DNA of 43,681 nt from Actinomycetales bacterium (GCA_030149025.1 JASBSH010000089.1:1-43681); one strand, 5' to 3'; numbered from the stretch's first letter, positions 11,030 through 19,772 are shown. The notes: generated from the sequence alone by a model not told the origin. Translations and numbers: made by a program.

Positions 11030-12726
11030 AGCTGACCGTACGTGACCTCACCGTGCGCTACGGCGACCTGGTGGCTGTCGACCGGGTCAGCCTGGACGTC
11101 GGCGAGGGCGAGCTGGTGGCGCTGGTCGGTGAGAGCGGCTGCGGCAAGACCTCGCTCGCCCGGTCCCTGCTCGGGCTGCTGCCTCGCACTGCGTCGGTCA
11201 CCGGCTCGGCCATGCTCGGCGACCTCGAGCTCGCGGGACGGCAGGAGTGGACCGGGCTGCGGGGCAGGCGCATCGGCATAGTGCCGCAGGGCGCCATGAC
11301 CGGCCTCAGCCCGGTACACAGGATCGGCTCTCAGCTGCGGGAGATGATCACCATCCACGAGAGCTCGGCCGACCCGGCCGCGCTGATCGACAGGGTCGGG
11401 CTTCCCCGCGACGTGCTGACCAGCTTCCCCCATCAGCTCTCCGGCGGGCAGCGCCAACGCGTGGCGATCGCTCTTACTCTCGCCGGCCAACCTGACCTGC
11501 TGGTCGCCGACGAGCCGACCACGGGCCTGGACGCGATTACCCAGGGGCAGGTGCTGGCACTGATCCGTTCCCTGGGCATCAGCACACTGATCGTCTCCCA
11601 CGACCTGACCGGGCTGCTGCCCTACGCCGATCAGGTCGATGTGATGTACGCCGGCCGGATGGCGGAGACCGGTCCGGCCGCCACCATCGCGCGGCACGGC
11701 GGCCATCCCTACACGGTGGGCCTGCTGACCGCGACCCCCTCGGCCGACCGGGCCGCCGGCTGGGGCAGCATCCCCGGCGCCGCGCCACCGATGGCCAACC
11801 TGCCCCACGGCTGCCGGTTCGCGCCCCGGTGCCCGATCGCCGAAGACGTGTGCCATGAGCAGGAGCCTGCCCTGCTGCCGGTCGGCGCGGCGTCGGGTGC
11901 ATGCCACTTCTACGGGTCGGGCAGGGTCCCCCGCTACCCGCTTGTACCGCGTGGCACCACCGACGCCGGTGAGCCGGTCGCCTGGGCGAGCGGGATCCGG
12001 CACGTCTACCGCAGCCGGACCCGGACCACCGAGGCGCTCAGGGGCATCGACTTCCACGTCGGTGCCGGGGAGATCGTCGGGCTGGTCGGCGAGAGCGGCT
12101 CCGGCAAGAGCACGCTCGCGCGAATTCTGCTCGGGCTCATCCGTCCTACCCAGGGCCGGGTGGAGCTGTCCGGCCAGGACCTGGGTACGGCGCGTGGCCG
12201 GTCGCTGCGGGCCCTGCAACGCCGGGTCGGGTTCGTGCACCAGGACCCCTACGACTCGCTGCACCCCGGCATGCGGGTCGGCGAGATCGTTGCCGAGCCC
12301 CTGGTTGTGGCCGGTGCCGACAAGCGGGGGCGGCTGGAGCGGGTGCATGCCGCCCTGTCGTCGGCCGGGCTCTCCGAGGAGCTCCTCCAGCGCTTCCCGG
12401 GGCAGCTCTCGGGTGGTCAGCGTCAGCGCGTGTCGATCGCCCTGGCCCTGGTCGGCAACCCGGTCTTGCTGGTGGCCGACGAGGCGACGTCGATGCTCGA
12501 CGTGTCCACCCGCGGTGGGATAGCGACCACTCTGCGATCGGTGGCCACCGATCGGGGCCTCGCGGTCGTCTTCGTCACCCACGACGTGGGGGAGGCCGTG
12601 CAGTCGTGCGACAGGATCGTGGTTCTCAAGGCTGGGAGGATCGTCGAGCACGGCACGTCGGCGGACGTGTCCAGCTCACCGGCCGACCCGTACACCGCCA
12701 AGCTGCTGGAGGCGTCCCATCACTGA
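11026..12726 (+). CDS. fused double ABC ATPase (OppD/OppF-type, two NBDs)
   Basis: GTG at 11026 overlaps the previous stop (GTGA). It carries two Walker A motifs ([17 protein letters not shown]) and two LSGGQRQR signatures. A Cys-rich oligopeptide-ATPase C-terminal segment ([15 protein letters not shown]) follows NBD1. Confidence 0.88.
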   Translation: MKLTVRDLTVRYGDLVAVDRVSLDVGEGELVALVGESGCGKTSLARSLLGLLPRTASVTGSAMLGDLELAGRQEWTGLRGRRIGIVPQGAMTGLSPVHRIGSQLREMITIHESSADPAALIDRVGLPRDVLTSFPHQLSGGQRQRVAIALTLAGQPDLLVADEPTTGLDAITQGQVLALIRSLGISTLIVSHDLTGLLPYADQVDVMYAGRMAETGPAATIARHGGHPYTVGLLTATPSADRAAGWGSIPGAAPPMANLPHGCRFAPRCPIAEDVCHEQEPALLPVGAASGACHFYGSGRVPRYPLVPRGTTDAGEPVAWASGIRHVYRSRTRTTEALRGIDFHVGAGEIVGLVGESGSGKSTLARILLGLIRPTQGRVELSGQDLGTARGRSLRALQRRVGFVHQDPYDSLHPGMRVGEIVAEPLVVAGADKRGRLERVHAALSSAGLSEELLQRFPGQLSGGQRQRVSIALALVGNPVLLVADEATSMLDVSTRGGIATTLRSVATDRGLAVVFVTHDVGEAVQSCDRIVVLKAGRIVEHGTSADVSSSPADPYTAKLLEASHH

Positions 12727-12748
12727 AGCCCCGACAATCGGCGACGAC

Positions 12749-13495
12749 GTGTTCGACCGGCTGGCGTCGTACGGCGACCGCTACGAGCTGCAGCGCAGCC
12801 TCGAAGGTGCCGACGACTGGATCGCCTGTGACCGCCTGCTCGATCCACAGTCCCACGAGCTCGACCGCGTGCTGGAGGCGGAGCGGGTCGCCAGCGGCCA
12901 AGTGTCGGCTCACGCCACGGCGCTCACCGTGATGGCCGTGTACGCCGGGACGGTCACCGCGTCGGCCTTGCTGGCGTGGGCGCTCTACGACGTGGTCATC
13001 GACATGCGCGCGAGCAACACCGCGATCAGGCTTTCGGACCACCACGGGTTCGAGGCCGTCGGCCTACGCGAGCCGACCGTCGTCCACGCGCCCGTGAAAA
13101 CACTGGTGCAGCAGGTGCTCGACGAGCACCTTTTGCCGCTCGCGGATGCGTTGCACACGCGGACCCGGGCCGGCCTCCGGCAGATGCGCGGGGGCGTGGC
13201 ACACGGCTGCGCCGCCGCGTTCTGCATCGCCAGCCGCAAGGGCGCGGACGTCGACACCCTGGAGGACGCTTACGGTCGGTTCCTCGCCGCGTCGACCGGT
13301 GGTCTCGAAAGGCTCGGTCAGGTGGTCCGGCTGGAGGCTGGAGGCCGCTCCGGCCTGTTCTACCTCCGCAATACCTGCTGCCTCTACTACACCTCCGCCG
13401 AGCAGACGAAGTGCTCGAGCTGCTGCCTGGACCCGGTGGAGGACAGGCTGGCGAACTACCGCCGGGTGCTCCTCGACGGCGTCGTACCTCACTGA
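12749..13495 (+). CDS. FhuF-like (2Fe-2S)-binding protein / putative ferric-siderophore reductase
   Basis: 248 aa. The C-terminus NTCCLYYTSAEQTKCSSCC fits the FhuF_C pattern C-C-x10-C-x2-C exactly. GTG start. Confidence 0.75.
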   Translation: MFDRLASYGDRYELQRSLEGADDWIACDRLLDPQSHELDRVLEAERVASGQVSAHATALTVMAVYAGTVTASALLAWALYDVVIDMRASNTAIRLSDHHGFEAVGLREPTVVHAPVKTLVQQVLDEHLLPLADALHTRTRAGLRQMRGGVAHGCAAAFCIASRKGADVDTLEDAYGRFLAASTGGLERLGQVVRLEAGGRSGLFYLRNTCCLYYTSAEQTKCSSCCLDPVEDRLANYRRVLLDGVVPH

Positions 13496-13518
13496 CTCGT
13501 CAGACAATCGCCCATGCT

Positions 13519-13612
13519 CAGGGCAGGTCGCAGCTCGTGCCGGCCGATCAGCGTCCCGGACCACACCCGGCTCCCCGGTCGCTGCCAGCGAGGATCGGTG
13601 GGTCCCGTCGCC
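13519..13612. pseudogene. collapsed remnant of a second methyltransferase-IclR module (only the two outward-facing 3' ends remain)
   Basis: 13519-13552 matches 15760-15793 (3' part of the methyltransferase gene) at 33/34 nt. 13548-13582 matches 17038-17071 and 13583-13612 matches 17161-17190 (3' end of the IclR gene), with a few mismatches. Confidence 0.65.
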
Positions 13613-13712
13613 TACGCAGAAGGACTGTTGCGTCGTCTTCAGCACGTCGTTCTCTGCGCTTCTACGCGTTCTGTCCAACTTCGCGGTGGGCGACGAGAAG
13701 GTCAACGACCTC

Positions 13713-14075
13713 ATGCGCGCCAACGCGCACCGGCCGGTGCCGGAAGGTGACGGTCCGAGCGGGGTCGAGGTGGCGTCGTCCCCCGACACCCCAGGCCGAC
13801 CCGAGCGCTGGCTGTGGCACATCCGGCTCCTGGACGACGCACCCGCACCGTCGGACGGGAAGGTCACCCTCTCGCTGGGGCAGGACCGGACGCTCGAGGT
13901 GACCGTCAGCACCGGGGCCGTGCGGGCCGGCGTCCAGCTGATCGACGTGACCGACAGCCAGCTGCTCGACCGCGACGAGAAGGAGCGTGTCGCGCTCATC
14001 GCGTCCAGTTCGACTGCTGTCGTCGAGGGCCGGCACGTGCTGCAGCGTCTCCCGTCGGTCAACTGGGTGCCCTGA
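13713..14075 (+). CDS. hypothetical protein (about 120 aa)
   Basis: Third-position GC is strongly coding-like from ATG 13713 (alternative GTG 13686) to TGA 14075. The upstream part of the track ORF 13146..14075 overlaps the FhuF-like gene and is not believable. No family recognised. Confidence 0.5.
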   Translation: MRANAHRPVPEGDGPSGVEVASSPDTPGRPERWLWHIRLLDDAPAPSDGKVTLSLGQDRTLEVTVSTGAVRAGVQLIDVTDSQLLDRDEKERVALIASSSTAVVEGRHVLQRLPSVNWVP

Positions 14076-14093
14076 CCGTCCCACCCTCGAGCA

Positions 14094-15494
14094 TTGGACG
14101 ATTCCCCCATGCCAACCAGCGACGCACCCGTCGACGGGCTACAAGAACTGCTACCGGACGCGCACCTCATCACCGACCCGGGCGTGATGGACGCCTACCG
14201 CCGTGACGAGGCGCACCTGGTCACCCCCGGCGACCCCCTGGCGGTACTGCTCGCGCGCAGTACCGAGGAGGTGTCCGCCGCCTTGCGCTGGGCGAACAAG
14301 CATGCCGTGCCGGTCGTACCGCGCGGTGCGGGGACCGGGCTGGCAGGCGGTGCGACCGCCGTCGACGGGTGCCTCGTGCTCAGCATGGCGAGGATGAGCC
14401 GGATCCTCGACATCAGCGGTTCGGACCAGCTCGCCGTCGTCCAGCCCGGCGTGATCACCGCGGACGTGGACCGCGCCGCCGCCGAGGTCGGGTTGATGTA
14501 CCCGCCGGACCCGTCCAGCTTCGAGACCTGCACGATCGGCGGCAACCTCGCCACCAACGCAGGCGGGCTGCGCTGCGTCAAGTACGGCGTCACCCGCGAC
14601 TCGGTGCTCGGGCTGGAGGTCGTGCTCGCCGACGGACGGGTCGTGAACACCGGTGGCCGGACGGTGAAGGGTGTTGCGGGGTACGACCTGACTAGCCTCT
14701 TCGTCGGGTCGGAGGGCACGCTCGGCGTCATCACCGGCGCGACCCTTCGTCTCCGGCCGCGACCGTCCGTGCCCCCAGTGACCGTCGTCGCCAGCTTCCC
14801 GTCGCTGCGGGCTGCGGGACAAGCGGTTTCGGACGTCGTCGCCGCCGGTCTGGTGCCCAGCCTGCTCGAGCTGCTGGACCGGACGACACTCCGTGCGATC
14901 GAGAGCTGGAAAGGCATGGGCCTGGACGACGACACGCAGGCGATGCTCGTCGCCCAGGCCGACGGGGTGGGCGCGCAGGACTGCGCCACAGCGCTGTTCA
15001 GGGCCTTCGAGGCGGCGGGCGCCGACTTCGTCGCCGAGTCCTCGGACGCCGCGGAGGCTGCGCACCTGCTGCAGATACGCCGGCTGGCCTACCCGGCCAC
15101 CGAGCGGTTGGGCCGCTGCCTCGTTGAGGACGTGGGCGTCCCCCGTTCCCGGTTGCCGGAGATGATCGAGCGGATCGAGCGCGCCGGCGCCGAGCACGAC
15201 GTCCTGGTCGCCACCGTCGCCCACGCAGGTGACGGCAACCTGCACCCCACCTTCGTCTTCGACCCGGCGGACTCGGCTGACGGCGAGGTCCCTGACCGGG
15301 TCTGGGCCGCGGCCGACGACGTCTTCCGGGCCGCACTGGAGCTCGGCGGCACGCTGACCGGGGAGCACGGGGTCGGCGCCCTGAAGCGACGCTGGCTCGG
15401 CCTGGAGCTCGGGTCCGACGTCATCGACCTGCACCGCGACATCAAACGGGCACTGGACCCCAGGGGGATCCTCAACCCGGGAAAGGGCTTCTGA
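14094..15494 (+). CDS. FAD-linked oxidase (GlcD / D-lactate dehydrogenase-like)
   Basis: 466 aa with a PCMH-type FAD-binding N-domain (VVPRGAGTGLAGGA) and C-terminal GTLTGEHGVGALKR typical of GlcD. The start is TTG 14094 or ATG 14109. Confidence 0.85.
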   Translation: MDDSPMPTSDAPVDGLQELLPDAHLITDPGVMDAYRRDEAHLVTPGDPLAVLLARSTEEVSAALRWANKHAVPVVPRGAGTGLAGGATAVDGCLVLSMARMSRILDISGSDQLAVVQPGVITADVDRAAAEVGLMYPPDPSSFETCTIGGNLATNAGGLRCVKYGVTRDSVLGLEVVLADGRVVNTGGRTVKGVAGYDLTSLFVGSEGTLGVITGATLRLRPRPSVPPVTVVASFPSLRAAGQAVSDVVAAGLVPSLLELLDRTTLRAIESWKGMGLDDDTQAMLVAQADGVGAQDCATALFRAFEAAGADFVAESSDAAEAAHLLQIRRLAYPATERLGRCLVEDVGVPRSRLPEMIERIERAGAEHDVLVATVAHAGDGNLHPTFVFDPADSADGEVPDRVWAAADDVFRAALELGGTLTGEHGVGALKRRWLGLELGSDVIDLHRDIKRALDPRGILNPGKGF

Positions 15495-15499
15495 CACAG

Positions 15500-15580
15500 A
15501 TGATCCGGCACGTCGTGCTGTTCTTCCTCGCCGACGGCGTCTCGCCCGACGATCCCCGGGTGATCGAGGGACTGGAGGTG
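15500..15580 (+). pseudogene. N-terminal remnant of a Dabb (stress-responsive alpha/beta barrel) gene
   Basis: MIRHVVLFFLADGVSPDDPRVIEGLEV resembles a Dabb-family start. Beyond about codon 27 the 118-aa ORF turns into Arg-rich low-complexity sequence and overlaps the methyltransferase gene. Confidence 0.3.
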
Positions 15581-15675
15581 TCACGTGAGCCGACGCCAAG
15601 GAAAGGCCACTGCACCCGTACACGGCCTGCTCGAGGCGGTGTTCCGGATCGCCAGGGAGAGCGCCTGGGGTGGGG

Positions 15676-16260
15676 TCAGCGGGGCTTGCTGGCGGTGAAA
15701 CGCATGGCCTGCCGGCCGAGCGCCGTCCTCACGCAGACGTCGTGCAGTCCGGCCTCTAACAGGGCAGGTCGCAGCTCGTGCCGGCTGATCAGCCGGTGCG
15801 GTGACCGGTCCGCCCAGTGCACCGCCTCGGTTAGCGGCGTGGCCACCAGGTCGTAGCCGACGAACGTACCTCCGGGCCGGAGCACCCGGGCGACTTCCGC
15901 CAGTGCCTGTCGCCACTGGACGACGTGGTGCAGCATGAGGTAGCTGACCGCGACGTCGAACGATCCGTCGGCGAACGGCAGTTGCGTGGCATCAGCCTGG
16001 CGGACGCTGACCCGAGGCGCATCGGCCAAGCGTCGCTGGGCCGCGGTGACCATCGCCGGATCGACGTCGGTGACGGTGAGCTCGCAGTCGGGAAAGCGCC
16101 GTGCCGTCTCCGCCGCCATCGCCCCGCTGCCGCCACCAAGTTCGAGCACCGCCCCCTGGGGGGTGATCCCTTGCAACGCCCAGCCGAGAATGGGCCCCGC
16201 GACCCAGTGCCACGGCGGACTCTGGCAGAACCACCGCTCGACGGCGGACATGACGGGCAC
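15676..16260 (-). CDS. class I SAM-dependent methyltransferase
   Basis: 194 aa with motif I VLELGGGSG, plus DVAVSYLMLHH and RVLRPGGTF. GTG start with GAGGAG upstream. Confidence 0.8.
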   Translation of the reverse strand: MPVMSAVERWFCQSPPWHWVAGPILGWALQGITPQGAVLELGGGSGAMAAETARRFPDCELTVTDVDPAMVTAAQRRLADAPRVSVRQADATQLPFADGSFDVAVSYLMLHHVVQWRQALAEVARVLRPGGTFVGYDLVATPLTEAVHWADRSPHRLISRHELRPALLEAGLHDVCVRTALGRQAMRFTASKPR

Positions 16261-16415
16261 GACGCTCTCCTCGCGCTAGACGCTGCGGCATACCGGCTGG
16301 TGCTGGACCCGAAGGGTAGTCTTGATCCCGCGAAGGAGTTCTCCAGCACGAACACGTGCGGCCGACTGTGCGGGAGGTGACCGGTTCGGGCGGCGGTGAC
16401 CCGGGAGGACGGCGA

Positions 16416-17204
16416 ATGGCGGCGAAGTCGAGCTCGGTTCCCGCCGCGCGCAACGCCCTGGAGCTCCTGCAGGCCCTGGCTCGGGAGGCGGGCCCGGTGC
16501 CGGCGGCGACGCTGGCTCGCAACGTCGGCCTACCGCGCTCGACCACCTATCACCTGCTGGCCGAGCTGGAGCGGGCGGGGTTCGTCGTCCACCTGCCCGA
16601 GCAGCGGCGCTGGGGGCTGGGTGTCAGCGCGTTCGAGCTCGGGTCCGCCTACTCCCGACAGGCCCCGCTGGCCCGGCTCGCCGCGCCCGCCCTCGCCCGA
16701 CTCGTCGACACTCTGGGCCAGAGCGCCCATCTCGCGGTCCTGCACGGCCGCGAGGTGCTCTATGTCATCGAGGAGCGCGCGCCCGGCCGCCCACCGCTGG
16801 TGACCGACGTCGGGGTGCGCCTGCCCGCACAGCTCACCGCCAGCGGCCGCGCGCTCCTCGCCGACCTGCCCGCTCCCCAGGTGCGTGCCCTGTTCCCCGA
16901 CTCCAACGCGTTCGTGGAACGCCACGGACTCGGACCCCGTTCGCTGTCCACCCTGCGGCGGTTGCTCGTGGACGTGCGGCGGCGCGGGTACGCGATCGAA
17001 GACGGTGAGATCACACCGGGTTTCGCCTCAGTGGCGGTCAGCGTCCCGGACCACACCGGCTACCCGGTCGCGGCGGTCGCTGTCACTTTCGAGGACAGCG
17101 ACCTGGACGACGAGGGACGTGCCCATGCCGCGAAACAGGCTGGGCGCGTAGCGGACAACCTGTCAGCGAGGATCGGTGGGGCGCGTCGCCAACCACGCTC
17201 GTGA
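16416..17204 (+). CDS. IclR-family transcriptional regulator
   Basis: ATG 16416 is preceded by GGGAGGA. N-terminal wHTH (ALELLQALA..PRSTTYHLLAELERAGFV) and a C-terminal IclR effector domain (GYAIEDGEITPGFASVAV). Divergent from the methyltransferase. Confidence 0.85.
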   Translation: MAAKSSSVPAARNALELLQALAREAGPVPAATLARNVGLPRSTTYHLLAELERAGFVVHLPEQRRWGLGVSAFELGSAYSRQAPLARLAAPALARLVDTLGQSAHLAVLHGREVLYVIEERAPGRPPLVTDVGVRLPAQLTASGRALLADLPAPQVRALFPDSNAFVERHGLGPRSLSTLRRLLVDVRRRGYAIEDGEITPGFASVAVSVPDHTGYPVAAVAVTFEDSDLDDEGRAHAAKQAGRVADNLSARIGGARRQPRS

Positions 17205-17211
17205 CGGGCGC

Positions 17212-17273
17212 GTGCAGAACTGCATGATCACGGAATGAGGGTTGGGCCGGCGTGCAGAGTTGCATGATCACGC
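17212..17273 (+). repeat. orphan dimer of the 22-bp repeat family (copies F 17212-17233 and G 17252-17273)
   Basis: GTGCAGAACTGCATGATCACGG and GTGCAGAGTTGCATGATCACGC match the 37-38 kb core at 19/22 and 17/22. Start-to-start spacing is 40 bp. The dimer fills the convergent IclR/selD spacer. Confidence 0.8.
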
Positions 17274-17286
17274 GATGGGTGGGTGG

Positions 17287-18336
17287 TCAGCGCACCGTCA
17301 GGACCGCGTCCCGGCGCGCGACCAGCTCGCCGACCACCGGCGCCCCCGGTACCTCCCCGGCCACGAGCAGACCGCCGGACGTCTGCGCGTCGGCGAGGAG
17401 CAGCAGCTCGTCCTCGCCCGCCCCTGAGTCGAGGTGCGGCCTGACCCACTCCAGGTTCCGCCGGGTACCCCCGCTGACGTAACCGTCCCGCAGAGCCTGC
17501 CTGGCGCCGTCCAGATAGGGAACGGCAGCGCTGTCCACGACGGCCGAGACACCGCTGGCACGAGCGAGCTTGTACAGGTGCCCGAGCAGCCCGAACCCGG
17601 TCACGTCGGTCGCACACCGGACGCCGGCCCGCAGCGCCGCACGCGAGGCCTCGGCGTTGAGGGTGGTCATGACGTCGATGGCCTGGTCGAAGCGCTCACC
17701 GGTGGACTTGTGCCGGCTGTTGAGGACGCCGATGCCGAGCGGTTTCGTTAGCGACAAGGGCGTGCCGGGTCGGCCGGCGTCGTTGCGCAGCAACGCATCT
17801 GCGTCCGCGATGCCGGTGACCGCCATGCCGTACTTCGGCTCCGGGTCGTCGACGCTGTGGCCCCCGGCGACGTGGCAGCCGGCCCGCCGGGCGACGTCGA
17901 GTCCGCCGCGCAGCACCTCGGTGGCCATCTCGCTCGGCAGGACGTCCCGGGGCCAGCACAGCAGGTTGACCGCCACGAGCGGCTCCCCGCCCATCGCGTA
18001 CACGTCGGACAGGGCGTTCGCGGCGGCGATCCGCCCCCAGTCGTAGGGGTCGTCGACCACCGGGGTGAAGAAGTCGGCGGTCGCGATGACCGCGCGGGAG
18101 CCGTCCACGCGCACTGCGGCGGCGTCGTCCCCGTCGTCGAGCCCGACCAGCAGCTCACCGGCGCCTCCTGGTCCCGCGGGCATCGGCAACCCACCGACCA
18201 GGCCGGCGACCATCTCCTCCAGCTCCCCCGGCGGGATCTTGCAGGCGCACCCGCCCCCGTGCGCGTAGGACGTGAGCCGGCGAAGACCTTCCTCCGGCTC
18301 AGGCTGCCTATCCGTGCCGAGAACCTCCGTCGCCAT
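17287..18336 (-). CDS. selD: selenide, water dikinase
   Basis: 349 aa. N-terminal SYAHGGGCACKIPPGELEEM is the SelD active-site loop in its Cys form, with no in-frame TGA. AIR-synthase-like fold. Confidence 0.9.
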   Translation of the reverse strand: MATEVLGTDRQPEPEEGLRRLTSYAHGGGCACKIPPGELEEMVAGLVGGLPMPAGPGGAGELLVGLDDGDDAAAVRVDGSRAVIATADFFTPVVDDPYDWGRIAAANALSDVYAMGGEPLVAVNLLCWPRDVLPSEMATEVLRGGLDVARRAGCHVAGGHSVDDPEPKYGMAVTGIADADALLRNDAGRPGTPLSLTKPLGIGVLNSRHKSTGERFDQAIDVMTTLNAEASRAALRAGVRCATDVTGFGLLGHLYKLARASGVSAVVDSAAVPYLDGARQALRDGYVSGGTRRNLEWVRPHLDSGAGEDELLLLADAQTSGGLLVAGEVPGAPVVGELVARRDAVLTVR

Positions 18337-18383
18337 GGCCCGACCCTAGACGCATAGGCTGCGGGGCGCGGCCCACGGGCCGT

Positions 18384-18476
18384 GGAGGCGTCAGGGCACC
18401 TGGTGGTCCCCGCGGTCTTCAAAACCGACGAGACCGAGTACCTCGGTCTGGCGGGTTCGATTCCCGTCCGCCTCCG
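18384..18476 (+). tRNA. selC: tRNA-Sec (anticodon UCA)
   Basis: Acceptor GGAGGCG pairs with CGCCTCC. The anticodon loop CUUCAAA is closed by CGGU/ACCG. A long variable arm AGACCGAG-UAC-CUCGGUCU gives 8 bp. T arm GCGGG-TTCGATT-CCCGT. No CCA is encoded. Located between selD and selA. Confidence 0.85.
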
Positions 18477-18533
18477 CTCCTGGCCGGGCACGGCGTGCGA
18501 TCGCGGCGTTGCAGCCGCCTCGGCGCAGCGTGA

Positions 18534-19772
18534 TCAGTCGGCGAAGAAGACGTCCTCCGTGCCGGTCCGCCACTGGGCCAGCAGGACCGTCGCGTCGTCC
18601 TGCAGCACGTCGTTCTGGTGCGCCAGGATCGCGTGCACCAGGCGGCGCAGGGTCTCCGGTGGAGGCTGGTCCGCGGCCACCGCCCGCTCGAGGAAGTCGA
18701 CGAGCCGCGCCTCGCCGAACACCGTTCCCGCCGGGTCTCGCGCCTCGGTCACCCCGTCGGTGTAGAGCAGCAGCCAGTCCCCCGGCTCCAGCTGCTCTTC
18801 GCCAACCGGCACGTCCGCGCGGCCCAGCCCCAACAGCGGCCGTCGGCCGTCGGACAGACGCTTCACGACCTTGCCCCGCCGGATCAACAACGGGACGGGG
18901 TGCCCCGAGTTGACGTACCGCAGGAGACCCGATGACCGGTCCAGCTCCGCGTGGACGCCGGTGACGAACCGCTCGTGACCGAACTGGCTGCCGATGGTCT
19001 CGTCGGTCAACCGCACCCGCTCTTGCAGTGAGGCACCGTTTCGACGGCCGTTGCGGCTTGCGGCGATGGCCACAGATGTGACCAGCCCCGACGTGAGGTC
19101 GTGGCCGGTCCCGTCGAAGATCGCCAGGTCCGCCTTCTCGGTGGAGACGGCGTAGTCGAACGCGTCCCCCGCCACCTGCGCCGCCGGCTCCAGGACGCAC
19201 GTGACCACGAAACCGTCGGTCCCGAAGGTGAGCGAGGGCAAGAGCTGCCACAGCAGCTCCGCGGCGAGTGTGCGGGGCCTCTCGCGGCGGGTCACCTCCA
19301 GCGCGTCGCCCAACGATGATTTCGCCGCCAGCAGGTGAGCCGTGAGGGTCGCGAACCAGCGGAACGCGTTGCGCCATTGCGGTGCCTCGACATCGCGGTC
19401 GTCCGCAACTGTCAGGGCGAGCACACCCAAGCGCTCGGTGCCGTCGATGAGCGGCATCCACACCCGGCGCCGACCGTCCCGCTCGACCACCTGGGGTCGA
19501 AGCTCCCGGAAGACCCTGCCCGGCACCGTCCCCTCGAGGGACACCTTGTCGATCTCGTTCCTCGCCGGCTCGGACAGGCGGACGAGATTCCGCTGGTCGT
19601 ACTCGACGAGGTAGATCGCGACCTGCGCGTCGAGCGCCGCTGCCGCACGAGCCACGACCGTGCCCATCGCGTCCGGGACCGCCAGGTGGGCGTCGTCCAG
19701 CAGTCGCGTCAGCGCGCTCGCCACCTCGGGCAGGACGGAGCCGGCCCGAGTGTCCATCGACTCGTCTTCCAC
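18534..19772 (-). CDS. GAF domain-containing PP2C/SpoIIE-family serine phosphatase
   Basis: 412 aa with an N-terminal GAF-like region and a C-terminal PP2C region (GDAFDY, FDGTGHD, LLLYTDGVTEARD). GTG start at 19772. Confidence 0.8.
   Translation of the reverse strand: MEDESMDTRAGSVLPEVASALTRLLDDAHLAVPDAMGTVVARAAAALDAQVAIYLVEYDQRNLVRLSEPARNEIDKVSLEGTVPGRVFRELRPQVVERDGRRRVWMPLIDGTERLGVLALTVADDRDVEAPQWRNAFRWFATLTAHLLAAKSSLGDALEVTRRERPRTLAAELLWQLLPSLTFGTDGFVVTCVLEPAAQVAGDAFDYAVSTEKADLAIFDGTGHDLTSGLVTSVAIAASRNGRRNGASLQERVRLTDETIGSQFGHERFVTGVHAELDRSSGLLRYVNSGHPVPLLIRRGKVVKRLSDGRRPLLGLGRADVPVGEEQLEPGDWLLLYTDGVTEARDPAGTVFGEARLVDFLERAVAADQPPPETLRRLVHAILAHQNDVLQDDATVLLAQWRTGTEDVFFAD

Noticed and set aside
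13613-13685. The sequence after the collapsed IclR remnant (TACGCAGAAGGACTGTTGCG...) might be a degenerate copy of the 22-bp repeat that follows the intact IclR gene.
   Set aside because: Only GCAGAA and CTG align. The GATCACG half and the second copy are absent, so the similarity is too weak to call by eye.
14073-14108. The small ORF 13713..14075 ends in TGA and is in the same frame as the GlcD-like ORF 18 nt later. Given the nearby sel genes, this raised the idea of a Sec-readthrough fusion.
   Set aside because: - GlcD-family proteins do not need this N-terminal extension.
- The only structure after the TGA is a weak 5-bp stem (CGTCC..GGACG) that does not resemble a bacterial SECIS.
- Sharing a frame has a one-in-three chance.
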